The notes under the pieces: model-generated | The model's database searches: none | The model's input: the letters and a program-made list of their open reading frames with translations, nothing else | What the model was told of the DNA's origin: nothing | Assembly: GCA_030704615.1 (NCBI GenBank) | Contig: CM060732.1 | Location: 17,980,001-18,044,000, forward strand | Length of the DNA stretch: 64,000 nt | Source of the DNA: Takakia lepidozioides | Lineage: Eukaryota > Plantae > Bryophyta | Reading direction: 5' to 3' | Position numbers and translations under genes: made by a program | Shown: positions 28,089 through 40,423 of the stretch, in pieces | Layout of the letters: each line of letters opens with the position of its first letter | How positions within the stretch are numbered: position 1 is the stretch's first letter

Positions 28089-31000
28089 TCAATGATTTCT
28101 GGAATCCCTAAGGAGGAGTTTGTGCAGCTCGTTCACGCTCAACGCCGGTGCATGAATAAAGTCATCAATAGTCACGTTCATCCTCAACCTCTTCAGGTAA
28201 ATGTAATACAGATGCTTGCACGGATAATACTTCGAACCCTTCTTTGCTTCCATCAACGAGAAGTCCGTACAACTGCAAGTCGGCTCCACTCCAATCGTAA
28301 TTGTGTATACATCGTCGCGTACAACCGAGCCGGCCGTTGCCATCCGATACACACGCCCAAGGCCGGGTGGGGGTACGTCCACGGAGCTCTGAATAGTGCA
28401 AGCCATCCCAAGAGCATTGGCAATCCGAGTCTCATTCAACTTGTTGGGAGGGTGTCGTCTCTTCACTCTTCTGAATCGCATTGTGGGATGTGCAGAATTT
28501 TCCAATCCGTCTCTACTGGACCGAGCAGTCTGCGATGGCTGGGTCTGAGGAACCGGAAATGCGTGGGCCAGGATGTCTGTGCGTTGCACCATTCGAAATC
28601 CTGCTGCAGATAGAGCATCCGCCTCATTCTGAGAGAGGCTGCAACCCGGTGCAACAGGCCAGACGCCCGGAGGCTCCGGCATTCCCTGAATCCCGTACTT
28701 GGGCTTGCCAAATACATAGGTCATTATGTCGTGCCTACAGAACCAAAATGTCTGCGTTGTGGCGTGAGCAAATGTGGGAGTCAAAAATCTGTCGCTGAAA
28801 CAAGGTGCAGGTACAGCACCGTGTGGGTTCCTCCGAATCATCTCACCACAGTGTGCTCTCGTATCCACCCGGATGGCGCAGCACTTCCCTCGAAATGCCG
28901 GCAATGTCCTCGCAATTCTCCACTGTGACTCCGACACTCTTGTCTCCACAATGGGAATGTTGTACTGCTTTACTACAAATGGCTCGTTATGTTGCCGGGG
29001 CACGCGCCCTGTGCTCAAAGGAGATGGCGATCTTGAACGTGCAGGACTTGCGGTGCTCGACGAGACCTCCTCGGGCAACATCACCGGACCACGAGGGAGC
29101 GTGCGAATATTTTTGTCAGCTCGCCATGAATCCTCTTCTCGGCCAGGTGCCTCGTCAAGTCTTCGTCTCACTGGACGGGTATGAACATCTCCTTCCAAAT
29201 GTTGGCCTCTTCGCACCAATGGCGTGTCCCGAAGGCCCTCTCGCAAGGCCGCCGCCCACTTCCGAGGATTCTTCGATCTAGAGGCAGTCCGCATCAGCAT
29301 TTCCTGCCTGTCCGGCCCCAAGCCCCACTGTTTCCCTTTCAAGAACTCGTTGTACCTGCATTGCTGCATAATTGACCTCACAATGTCCTCCGTTGTGGCA
29401 GTGAGGATGTCCACCAGATGCACCGCAGAGGAGGCACGCCAGGAAGAGTGCACTGATTCGGCCATGTTTGTTGTGGGCATGTTGGTGTCGGAGTCGAGAC
29501 ACATTTCCTGCACAAGCACATGTTGAGGTTACAAGCAAGTTACAAATATGGCCAAGAATAATATTCAACGGGACGCGAATTCATGCAACTCACCTCCCGC
29601 ATATAGTCGCCGAACTGGAGGAAACGATAATGCCACCATGCTAGCCAACTGACCATTGCTCCCTCGTCTGATTTCCTTACAACACCTGACAATGTCCACC
29701 AAGCCCGTAGAAATGCAAACTGTGTCTCTGCATCATCCAAGGTGGGAGCGCGCTTCCACGCAAGGCACATGGAACGGTGCTCCTCTCTGAAATCTGGCGC
29801 CACGAGCCTGGTTGTGTACTGCGAAAGGCTCTGCAGAAAATGGAACCCACAAGATCTCTCCTTGCCTTCCATGGGAACATTGGGGTCTTGCCCGTACACC
29901 CTTCGGATGGCAGCCCAATTTGCTTGTGCGTTTCCCGCCATGAAACCACGGAAATTGGGAGGGGGCAATCCCGCCTTGGCCATCTGTTCGTTTATTCCCT
30001 GCCAAAGAAGCATCTCCGATTGTGTGTCATCTCCTTTCATCTCACAAATAGTAATTGTCATCAGCATCCTGCAGTGGGTGTCGTAGACATGTGCACCCAT
30101 TGTCACCCACTGGTGATTTGTAATTCGCTTGATATGGTCGAACATGACCCAACTGTTTGACAAGTCCCCACTCGTCATCCTGTCGACCAGTTCGACGCTG
30201 CTGCCAGGTCCACACGTGGACATTTTGAATACGAAACAACGATCTGCCTCAGTCCCTTGTCCTGGAAACCTACTTCCATGAATGTAGTCATATCCACATC
30301 GTCGCTTCACCTCCAGAATGGAGTGCATATCCGAGCCACGCCCAATTTTCTGTTTGCATGAGACAATGTGGTTTCGGACATTCGGTGAACATACGTGGGA
30401 CACCGACTCCAGCAATGCCTCCATTTCCTTCTCATCGAGAGGAACTCTATCGGAGCCGTCTTCCGACATAATTCCGGCCAATGCCATCTTATGGGCGGCT
30501 TGGAGCTGTATCTGTTTGGGTTTGGCACCCGGTCTCAACTTAACCTCCTCCTGAACGAGCTGCTCTGCCTCGTGGGCAGCCTCCCGCGAGTTCCCCCTCG
30601 CCAATTTGTGACAATGGGAACCAACGTGTATGCAAGCTCGGGTGAGGTCAGGGAAACGGTGCAACACATAGAACTGCTTGGCATTACAAACAGACATGCA
30701 GTGTGGTGGTTCTTTGCAATGCGCACACTTAAATGTGGAGTTCGGAACCTTCTCCTGAGCTCGAAATGGTTGATGAGTTGTGCCTGTCCAATCGGTCTCG
30801 TTCCTGTGACCTCTGGATTTAAAGTGGAAGCAAGTTGGGGAGAAACACCGCAACGCGCCCGCACAAACAACGTAGCGCACCCGCACACCATCGAGCATCT
30901 TCATGCTGGTGGTTTTGGTAACGCACCAAGGATGACCGTCGTGTTTTCTATCCATATCTGTCAACATTCCGGACGCCCTCCAGTAGTCCGCCCGAGGAGG

Positions 31001-31681
31001 GAACTCAAAGAAGATATTACCGTCGACGTCGGCGGGAAGGCATGTAACCGATTTAATTGCAAACTTGCTGTAGTCCAGCCCGGCCAGCTCCGACCGGTGT
31101 CCCTCCAGGTGAAGCCCTCGCAGAATTTCAAGAATAGATCGAACTGCGGTGCTCGTGCTGGGAATATGACTCCCTCCTCCACTGACGTCCATTGAGGACT
31201 TGCCTAATCTCCAAGACGACCTCAGAACTTCCATGACCTCGTCTGAGTTGGAAAGGTTGTGAACAACCCGGTTCTCGCTCGTCTTCATGGATGGGTTCGG
31301 CTCTGGATTTACTTCGTTGCGGACCTCTCTCTTTGAGGTAGCCACTCTCTGATTCGCGGATTGTTTCGTGGAAGGCGCCAGGATAGAAGGTGCATTTGGC
31401 GTGCAAATGAAGTCCCCAACAGCCCTGTATATGACGCTGTTCGATGGTGGAACTCGCCATTCCCTGCCATCGCTGAAATCATCGTGGAGCACAACAATAC
31501 TCTCAACAACAAGGCCGTTTGAGTCCTTCCTTTCCTCCTCCAAAAAAACCGACCCCGGTTTTAGGTGGTATCGAACGCACAGATATTTCTCCATCACCCG
31601 GCAGATGTCCCCTCTGCACGGAAATGAAGCTCTATGCTCGTGAGGAGGGCAGTACACTGAAGCGCTCGGGTTTTCCGCCAT
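28089..31681 (-). CDS. MULE-family transposase, GCM-like Zn domain + DDE + SWIM (exons 31681-29594 and 29507-28089, about 1168 aa)
   Basis: Phase-0 86-bp intron GAG|GTGAGT...GTGCAG|GAA joins the two ORFs in frame. Motifs: DGHPWC..VCAG.L.C (GCM-like), WVMFDH (D1), FMAGN (D2 position is G), SCGFH (CxxH), TTNMAESVH (E), SWIM CSCTDF...PCKH. Confidence 0.85.
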
Positions 31682-31899
31682 GGGAGATGTGCACACAAGA
31701 CTGCCAGGATGGCGTGCGGGGAAGCTCCCTGGTAGAAGGGGGATGCAGCGATTGGAAGGAATGCGGTGCCGATTTGTCCGAGCGACGAAGTCTGATCCAA
31801 ATCCAGGGAGCCAACTATATCAAAAATCCACAGTCAGAATGTTAATGAACCTTGTCTCCGGAATGCGGCCCCTTGTCTTTGCGCAATAACTACCAACGG

Positions 31900-32900
31900 T
31901 ATGCAGTCAGAAAGTGGGGGGCCGTCCGGATGATGTCGGCTGAAGGGGAGAAGCCGACACCGTGCCGTCACATTACTACCCCCGAATGGAAATTCGGCAC
32001 CCAATATCCAACAGGGGCCGCACGGATGAAGTCGTCTGGGGCAGAGATGCCGGCACCTGTCCGACAGAGAACATCCCCCGGATGGAAATTCAGCGCCGAA
32101 TTTCCATTCGGATCCCCCCAAAGGATCCATCTGGCCCTCACATTACAACCCCCGGACGGAAATTCGGCACCGAATATACAACAGGGGAAGCCCAGATGAA
32201 GTCGCCTCGGGCGCGGAGGCCGGCGCGTGTGCGACAGAGAACATCCCCTGGATGGAGATTTGGCGCCGAATTTCCATCCGGGCCCCCCCAAAGGAAGTCG
32301 TGTCGGGGGGTCAGGCCGAAAACTGGCCGACATAAAAACCTCCCCAGATGGAAAAACGGCGCCGAATTTCCATCCGGGGCGGTTCGGATGCAGTCGGGGA
32401 GGGGGGAGAGGCCGGCACCTGGCCGTCACATCTCAACCCCCGGACGGAAATTCGGCACCGAATATCCAACAGTGGACGTCCGGATGAAGTCGCCTCAGGC
32501 GTAGAGGCCGGCACGTGTTCGACAGAGAGCATCCCCTGGATGGAGATTCGGCGCCGAATTTCCATCCGGGCCCCCCCAAAGGAAGTCGTGTCGGGGGGTC
32601 AGGCCGAAAACTGGCCGACTAAAAACCTCCCCAGATGACCGAATTTCCTTCCGGGGCCGTTCCAATGCAGTCGGGGAGGGGGGAGAGGCCGGCACCTGGC
32701 CGTCATATTTCAACCCCCGGACGGAAATTCGGCACCGAATATCCAACAGAGCGGCGGAGAGGCCGGCACCTCTCCGACAGAGACCATCCCCCGGATGGAA
32801 ATTCGGCGCCGAATTTCCATCGGGGCCCCCTCAAAGGAAGTCGTCAAAACCTCCCAGAATGGAAAAACGGCGCCGAATTTCCGTCCGAGGTTGTTCCGAT
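31900..32900. repeat. About 288-bp GC-rich tandem repeat (about 3 copies) built on GGAAATTCGGCGCCGAATTTCC palindromes
   Basis: Recurrent units upstream of the transposase start; same array as 58760-59890. Confidence 0.85.
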
Positions 32901-33009
32901 TTGCCTCTAGCAGTCAAGGATTCCAAGAAAAACGTGTCTACAAATGCACTTCAGCCACAAAACAAACAGTTTAGTTTGTTTTTCTCCGAAAAATCAATCG
33001 GACACGCTC

Positions 33010-33650
33010 AGAATTACCTGCAGGAAGGTAATTCAGCGCTTCGAAATACCTGGCGAATGGAAATTCGGCGCCGAATATCCATACACCAGCGATCCGACTT
33101 ACCTGCTGGATGGAAATTCGGCGCCGGATTTCCATCCATCCGCCTCCGAATTACCTGCGTGAGGGAAATTTGGCGCGCCGCCCTACCTGCGCGGATGGAA
33201 ATCCGGCGCCGGATTTCCATCCATCCGCTTCGGAATTAAATGCGTGAGGGAAATTTGGCGCGCCGCTCTACCTGCGCGGATGGAAATCCGGCGCCGGATT
33301 TCCATTCATTACCTGCGTGAGGGAAATTTGGCGCGCCGCCCTACCTGCGCGGATGGAAATCCGGCGCCGGATTTCCATCCATCCGCTTCCGAATTACCTG
33401 CATGAGGGAAATTTGGCACGCCGCCCTACCTGCGTGGATGGAAATCCGGCGCCGGATTTCCATCCATCCGCTTCTGAATTACCTGCGTGAGGGAAATTTC
33501 GCGCGCCGCCCTACCTTGCATGATGGAAATTCGGCGCCGGATTTCCATCCTGCTGCGCTCCGAATTACCTGCAGGATGGAAATCCGGCGCCGGATTTCCA
33601 TCCTGCAGCGCTCCGAATTACCTCTACGTTGGAAATTCCGTGCCGAGTTC
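33010..33650. repeat. About 80-85-bp tandem repeat containing the 30-bp palindrome GGATGGAAATCCGGCGCCGGATTTCCATCC
   Basis: Multiple adjacent copies; same array as 60000-61015. Confidence 0.85.
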
Positions 33651-34269
33651 CGTTGTTTTTCATCCGACATGGAGGGCTTCATCCGACATTTAATTGCGCA
33701 GTTGGGCAATAAATGTCCACCGCCGTCCGTTTTCATTCGGGCTGGCGGCACATGGCTTTCTGGATACGTACCCTAAATCTGATGCTAATCTTGGCTTAAC
33801 ATGCTATTCGAGGCATGTACCCTAAAAACGGAGATCTTTTTCCATTTTGGCTGGGACTTATGTCGCCTGAAGGAGAGACCTCACATCCAGACCGCGGCGG
33901 AAGTTGAAAGCTCTGTACTACGGACGACGGCCAATCTCTCGTATGGCCAAACTGAAGCTCCAGCAGGAGATTCCAGTGTCTTGCTCACAACCCGCGCCAA
34001 CTGAAGCCGACTACTCTCAGGCAAGCCACTTCTGCTTTCGCTTTGTTCGATTTCGCTTTTGCTTTTGCTTTCGCTTTCGCTTTGTTGCCTCGCTTTGTTT
34101 TTGCATCTTCATCCTGGCTTCGCTGGATGAGTGAACTTTAGATAGTTGAGTGAACCTTAGATTGTTTGCAAATTCCTGGATGATGACGAATTGCAGGAGA
34201 TAACGAGTGTCATTCGGAAATTGAAAGCCCTCGCAGGGGTGCGTGGGTGCAAGAGCGAGCTGCGTTTTG

Positions 34270-34790
34270 TTGATTGGGAGTCTCTTCTGCTTCAGCAGAT
34301 TTCTAGCGATGTCCACACTATCCCTGCAACTTCCTTTGGACACAGGATGCTCGTGTGTAGCCATATGAATGCAGGCACGAGTCATTGTCTTGCATCGGTG
34401 TGCCACCTGGTACATACGGTGGCACACAGAAACACAAGACGGGGAAAGTTTGAACCTGCACACAAAAGTATTGGTCTTGGGAGGGGCAAGCCCTGGGGTG
34501 AAAGGATTCAGGGGCACACCTTCCCACTCACTTTCGTTTGGTTTAGCGCTGTTTCTCAGGCGAGGGCAAGAAATATTCACGCACTTACAATGCCCAACGC
34601 AGACTGACCTTTGAAATTTCAATCCAATGTCGTTGTGGATGTTCGACATTTTTGTCCTGCACCAAGGGTGTCCGTCATGTTTCTTGTCCATGCCCTGCAG
34701 AAGCCCAGGTAGTCCACTGGAAGACGTGGGAGGGTTGAGCTCAAACAAGATGTCCCCATCAAACTCTGCTGGCACGTATTGAACCCGTTC
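34270..34790 (-). pseudogene. Fragment of the GCM-like domain of a related MULE transposase, fused in frame to the MTase-like gene
   Basis: YVPAEFDGDILFEL...MDKKHDGHPWC...TRACIHMATHEH is homologous to, but diverged from, 30600-31050. Confidence 0.75.
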
Positions 34791-37700
34791 CTCGGCCTCG
34801 ATCCCAACTTTCTCCCCCTGCTCCTTCTCGGATTTTCCCTCATCCTCCGAGGATGCCTCTTCCTCTTTCGGTAGACGTTCAGCCGTTGCAAGTTCCGAGT
34901 TGTGGAGGGCAGTATCTGGCTCGAAGGCGAACACATGCCTGTCGGACAACGTCCCTGCCCACATTGAAGCACCTGAGGAACAAAGCGGGCGGTTAATAGC
35001 TTGCGGCATGCAATTGCAATCGGGCCAGGGGACAAACTGAGCACGTGAAGGCTTACCCATGCCGCATGTGAAGTCCAGAATCCGCCCTTGGACATCCGAG
35101 CACGTCTCCATGAGGGTTTGGATGAAAGCAGGGCTCCGGGTCCGGCTGTACCGCCACGGTTTGCCTGTCTTTGTGTCCTTCGGCATACTGGAGTGGGGCA
35201 CATAGTTGTAGAGGACATCGTAGGTTACAGGGTCCACAGCGGCATCAACAAGACGATCGTCGTTGCGGAATTTGAACGTAGACCCTGTCTTCACAAAGCA
35301 ATATGCCTCAAACACCAATGTCTGCACATCCAACAAAGAAGGGATCAACTCCAGGGTCTACTTAACATACACCACAATATGAAGTGAATGCAATAGATTG
35401 ATAACTTACACTTTGGCCCTTTGTTCGCAACCCCTGTGTACTGATGCAGAACCATTTTCTGAGGAGGACCGGGGTGACACTTTTCGGTGTCCACCTTGCC
35501 ACCGCATTCTCTGTGGTCTTCTTTTCTCATGGCAAGGACAACCACACATCCACCGTCATCCAGAAGCATCCCCGCCAGCCCAAACCCGGCTTTCCAGTAG
35601 TCCTCAGTAAACCTGTTCCAGGTGGGCACACCATCCAGGCCTTCCAGCAGCTCCCCATCTGGAATGTCGAGGAGAATCATGTCGCAAGCTCTCTCCACCT
35701 CAACCCCCCCCCCCCCCCCCCCCGAGTGCTCTTGCAATCCGTGCTCACAGCCGTGAAGAATTCCATCATGGCTTCAAAACCAAGGGTGTCTTTAGGCTCT
35801 GTACCACCAGCCCTCTTCTTGGCTTTCCCCTTCTGCTCCGCCAGAGACTTGCTGTGTGCCACCTTCTTCGCCCTGGCAGCGAGAGCGTCAAGGAAGCTCT
35901 CATTGACGCATTGGATGATGGTTGGAGGTTCTAGCTTTGGCCTGTGCGTAAACGTCACCGCCGAATACCGCCGTGTAGGCTCGCCCTCAAATGCCAACTT
36001 CTTGGCAGAGCCAGTCCCACTCCGAACTGACTTGGGAACCCGGACGACCGGTGACTGGGTAGGAGCAACAGCAGTCGCAGGACCTTGAACAAAGTCGTCG
36101 TCCGAGTCACTCTCTTGGGTCCCCTCCTGCGCCTCCTCCGATGCCCCGATGGTTTTCTTCTTTTTGGGTGTTACTGCACTCACCTGTTTCCTTGTCCTTT
36201 TCCTTTGGCCTTTACTCTTCTCATGCAATTTCTCCTGAATTCCTGCCTGAGCAAGCTCTGCCGCTTTCCTGGAGTTCGCAAGCGCTTTTGCCACCCAACG
36301 GAGGCAACGGAGCCCGGTTTCGTCGGAATTTAGCATCCAGCTTCAATTGAAACTTGGATGGGTCGAGCGAGCCGGGCGGAAGGTCCACATACCAAGGGCA
36401 ATCACGCAAATGTTCCAGATGCCACTCCTTCACAATATCGTCAGTGTACATGGAGTCAGCCCCAGGGTTCCTCTATGCCAGGAAGAATGGTGGCTCGAAA
36501 GACAGATGATCTTTCTCCAAAAGGGAGAACTTGCAGTACCTGCATTCATGAAAAACACAATGAGGTCCCTGAAATGCATATTCGGCACCATTTTCCCAGG
36601 TTGGGGCGGATGTGAGTGGGCCTAGAAATGGAAAAATGGCGCCAAATTTCGGTTTTCGGTGACTGCCACCCTAGGGACTTAGCCATCTTGGGAGCCCTGA
36701 ACTGGAAATTCGGCACCATTTTTCCCGGTTTGGCCCGAAGATGGCTAAGCCCCAGAACCGCAATAGGGCCTAGAACTGGAAAAATGGCGCCGAATTTCCA
36801 GTTCAGGGCCAGCCACCCTAGGGACTTAGCCCGAAAATGGCTACGTCCTTGAACGGCAATAGGGCCTAGAACTGGAAAATGGCGCCGAATTTCCACTTCA
36901 GGGCCAGCCACCCTAGGGACTGAGCCCGAAAATGGCTAAGTCCCTGAACGGCAATAGGGCCCGGAACTGGAAAATGGTGCCGAATTTCCAGTTCAGGGCC
37001 AGCCAGTCTAGGGACTTAGCCCGAAAATGGCCAAGTCCCTGAACGGCAATAGGGCCTAGAACTGGAAAATGGCGCCGAATTTCCAGTTCCGGGCCAGCCA
37101 GTCTAGGGACTTAGCCCGAAAATGGCCAAGTCCCTGAACGGCAATAGGGCCTAGAACTGGAAAATGGCGCCGAATTTCCAGTTCCGGGCCAGCCAGTCTA
37201 GGGACTTAGCCCGAAAATGGCCAAGTCCCTGAACGGCAATAGGGCCTAGAACTGGAAAATGACGCCGAATTTCCAGTTTAGGGCCAGCCAGTCTAGGGAC
37301 TTAGCCATTTTCGGAGCCCTGACTGGAAATTCGGCGCCATTTTCCCTAACACCACATGAGGCCTCTAACATCCTGAAATGCAAGGACTTGAAAGAAAGGC
37401 AGTGCGTATGTACCTGTACAGAAGGCGCATTGCTGCTTTGTCCGCGTTCGGCTGGTCGGTGAACTCGTGGCTCCGGCGAGCATCTGCTATCTCTCGAAAG
37501 AATAGGTTGGTTTTGTAGAGCAGAAAGTACCTCGTCACATAGTCGCGTAGGCTCTCTGCTGCAGGAGATATCTCCATCTTGAACTGATGTGCTTGTGTGT
37601 CCAGCTGCTCTTGCGCATTCGTCGTCACCTGTGGAGATTCTCCATCAGATCGCTTTCCTGAAAAAATACAATGAATCCACCCCCTACTAGAGTAGAAGCC

Positions 37701-40400
37701 CCAAACGAAGCGTGGGGAAGTACCTGAAACCACCATGTCATGCGGTTCATCCACATGTCGAATGTGGGTCAAAGAGTTTGTCCGGTTTGGGGAAGCTCCA
37801 CATGTCTCTGGTACTTTGGGAACCATTCCAGATTTGGAGCCACCGGGTCTGTCCAACCACCCAGCATATTCGTAAGCGCCAAACACCACAAAAAGGAGTT
37901 GTTGCCACCACAATTTGGTTAAGAATGTATCACCTTTTCTGTTGCATCCACATAGGATAAGGCTAGATGATGGAGCTTCTCCAATGTCATCGTGGGCTTC
38001 AGAGCGCGAGAGTAGTGCTTCCTCACCTCCACCAGAAAGTCGGCACCAAGGGCGGGATCAGCTATGGCCACGTACTTTACCATCCGCGACTTGTACTTTA
38101 TGCGGGCCCTCACCTCCGCAGCTTTGACATACGATTCGAGTGCCGGGAGGGTTGGATTCTTCTCCTCTGACTCCATGTAGAACCTCCGCGCATGTGCCAA
38201 ATCCTGCTGTATTTTGGTCTGTCAAGAATGCGCACATAAGATTAGAGATCCCGCTCAACACAATTTCTTCTATTGTGGGAGGAGATTAGAAATCACGGTG
38301 AAGACCTTTTCTTCTATTGGGGGAGGAGAGACAGATTAGCTCAACAAAACTGTCAGGAGCTTTACCCGAAATATGTAGTCCACCATGGCGTCGACGCTCA
38401 GCCTATACCAGGTTCTGTCTGCCTTTGCCTCCGACTTGCGCAGGAGGTCGGCACTGAGGGAATTGGCAAACTCTTGCACCCCCTGCTTCCCGACATCCTT
38501 CACTCGGAAGAGCATATGGGACAAGTTGGTGGCGATGAAGGCATTCTCAGTCACCCTGCAGTGCCACATTTCCATCAAACAATACTGAAATGGGAATTTT
38601 CATCATATATGAGGATTCGCAATGAAATGACTTCCAAATTCAAAGTCCAAAAGCGAGAGGCGTTGTAACTTACGAGTTGATGTCCGCCATTGCAGCTTTG
38701 AGAAGACTGCGACCTTTGGGCCCCGCAACCTTCAGCACGACACACTCCACGGCGAAATGCCAATCGAGGTCATTGGGGTGGGCTTGGGCAATGTGCTCCA
38801 TCCATGCCAGGAGGCGATGATTGCCGTCCCACACGTAGAACATCTTACCGGACAAGTGCTCGAAAAGAGGATCACTAGCAATCGATCTCTCGAACTCCTC
38901 ATTTCGCGTTTGCCAATGGGGACCCATTTGTCCACCTCATCGGAAGTGTGGGCACGGGAAGCTCCGTGGTCGTTCTCAATGGAAATGTAAAACGCGGCAG
39001 ACCCCATTCGATATCCATCCCGGAAAGAGAATTTCAGCTTGTCGATATCGCATGGAAGGGCAGGTCTCACCACCTGCAATGACACCAAGCGGCAAAGGGG
39101 AATTCGAAGCTTGGCCGGGTACACCATGCCCCCCAGCACCCCGCCAATGTTGCTGTGGGTTGCCTCCAATATCTTGGCAGTGGCCAACTTCATATCCGCC
39201 TCCGACATGACGTCTGCTGCAGAGGGGTTTTCCGGCAGCCCACCAGGACCGCCAAATCCAGTCTGTATGCTCCGGGTTTGGGGCCTGGGGATGTCCGGGA
39301 GGATGTCATCCTGGTCAGAAAGCTCCCTGTCGTCCTCCTCAACAGGGTCAGCCACCTGCGAAACCACCTCCAGCACTCTCCCCGTCTCTACTGCCCTCTC
39401 CCTGGCTTCACCTCGAACTTGCACAATCTGTGCTCTTTCTGGTGTTCTTTCCTCTCCTCCACTCTCCACCCGTATGGGTAATTGCAGGGGCTGCTCTTGC
39501 CCGCGATGGTCTAACCGGTGTAATGCTGCCTCTTTGTGGTGTCTTGGAGGGATCCACCGTCTCTATGCGTCCCTCACTTACATGGGAATCTGTCCGTTCG
39601 GAACCCCTGGCCTCTTCAGTGGCCTTTTCTCTTTCCTCCTGGCTAGCCTTGTGTCTTGCCTGTTCTTTTGCCATCTCTTTTTCCCTCTCACGGGCTCTCT
39701 GTTTCTTATTAGGGCTAGCAGCAGGGGAGCCCGGATGGACGACCACCTTTGAGGTAGGCGAACTGACACCCTCCGCGCGCACTGCGAACTCCCCCCTCCG
39801 CAGCCCGTGACGGCTCTCGCGCCGGGGATTACACGCGCTTGGCTTTCTTCTTCTTCTTTGCTTGGACGGGCCCTACTGCTTCTGCATCAACAACCTCCAT
39901 TGCCGGATCTGCTGTTCTCACTTCCTCACGCCCTTCACCTGCCATGAGGCCTGCACCAACCTCCCCAATGCCTATTCTGTCGTACTCTCGCTGCAGGTCC
40001 TCCCGTCCACCAAGAAAAGGTTGAAGTTTGCCCTCTCGCTCCAAGGTGGGCGGTTCAAACATGCGATGAGTTGCAGCAGTCGATGATACCACCAGCGTGC
40101 CGGGCTCGTCGTCACTCTGTCATTCCCAAAATCGTGAGAACCAACATCGGTGCCAAAACCAGCATCGCAACCACCATAGCAACAATCGTGTAACAAAATG
40201 AAAACATAACAAGTTTAGGAAGTATGGAGAGCCATGCAACAACAATAAAAACAAATGCAACCATTGCCTGAGAATGACATGCACAAACAGCCTTCTCCAA
40301 AGCTGCCGGATTTGCACACGCAGGAGTCTGGACTGGCGGAGGAATCTCAGAAACATCCTCCGAGGACGAGTCTGAAAGAGTCACGAATGTAGTGGATGTG
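34790..40400 (-). pseudogene. Multi-exon MULE second gene: acidic/basic N-terminus, ParB/Srx-like domain and beta-class N4C/N6A DNA methyltransferase-like domain (frameshifted, 5' end interrupted)
   Basis: IPLCRL...VRPAL..DIDKL..SF and FYVWDGNHRLLAW (ParB-like); CDMILLDIPDG (motif IV-like); KPWR...SPAFIQTLMETCSDVQGRILDFTCGMG|ASMWAGTLSDRHVFAFEPD (motif I). Frame-preserving GT-AG introns at 38556-38673, 38204-38365 and 34973-35056. Confidence 0.7.
36580..37345. repeat. 95-bp tandem repeat (GGAAAATGGCGCCGAATTTCCAG / GGGACTTAGCC), probably intronic
   Basis: AGGGCCTAGAACTGG-like anchors at 36861, 36956, 37051, 37146 and 37241. Lies between a minus-strand donor (about 37413) and acceptor (about 36570). 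Confidence 0.85.
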
Positions 40401-40423
40401 GTCACCTCTTGTTTCACATGAAC

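Larger units (their letters stand above)
27340..40423 (-). mobile_element. Large Mutator-like element, copy 1 (transposase plus ParB/MTase-like gene), right part interrupted by a chromovirus
   Basis: The left terminus GAGGTTAGCTATTTCATGAGCATGAGCGGC is also found at 57027 and is inverted relative to 63230-63288. Shares the transposase gene and repeat arrays with copy 2. Confidence 0.8.

Noticed and set aside
33010-33650. CRISPR-like appearance (palindromic repeats with spacers), also at 11503-11705 and 60000-61015
   Set aside because: The spacers are themselves repeated, there are no cas genes, and the context is eukaryotic.
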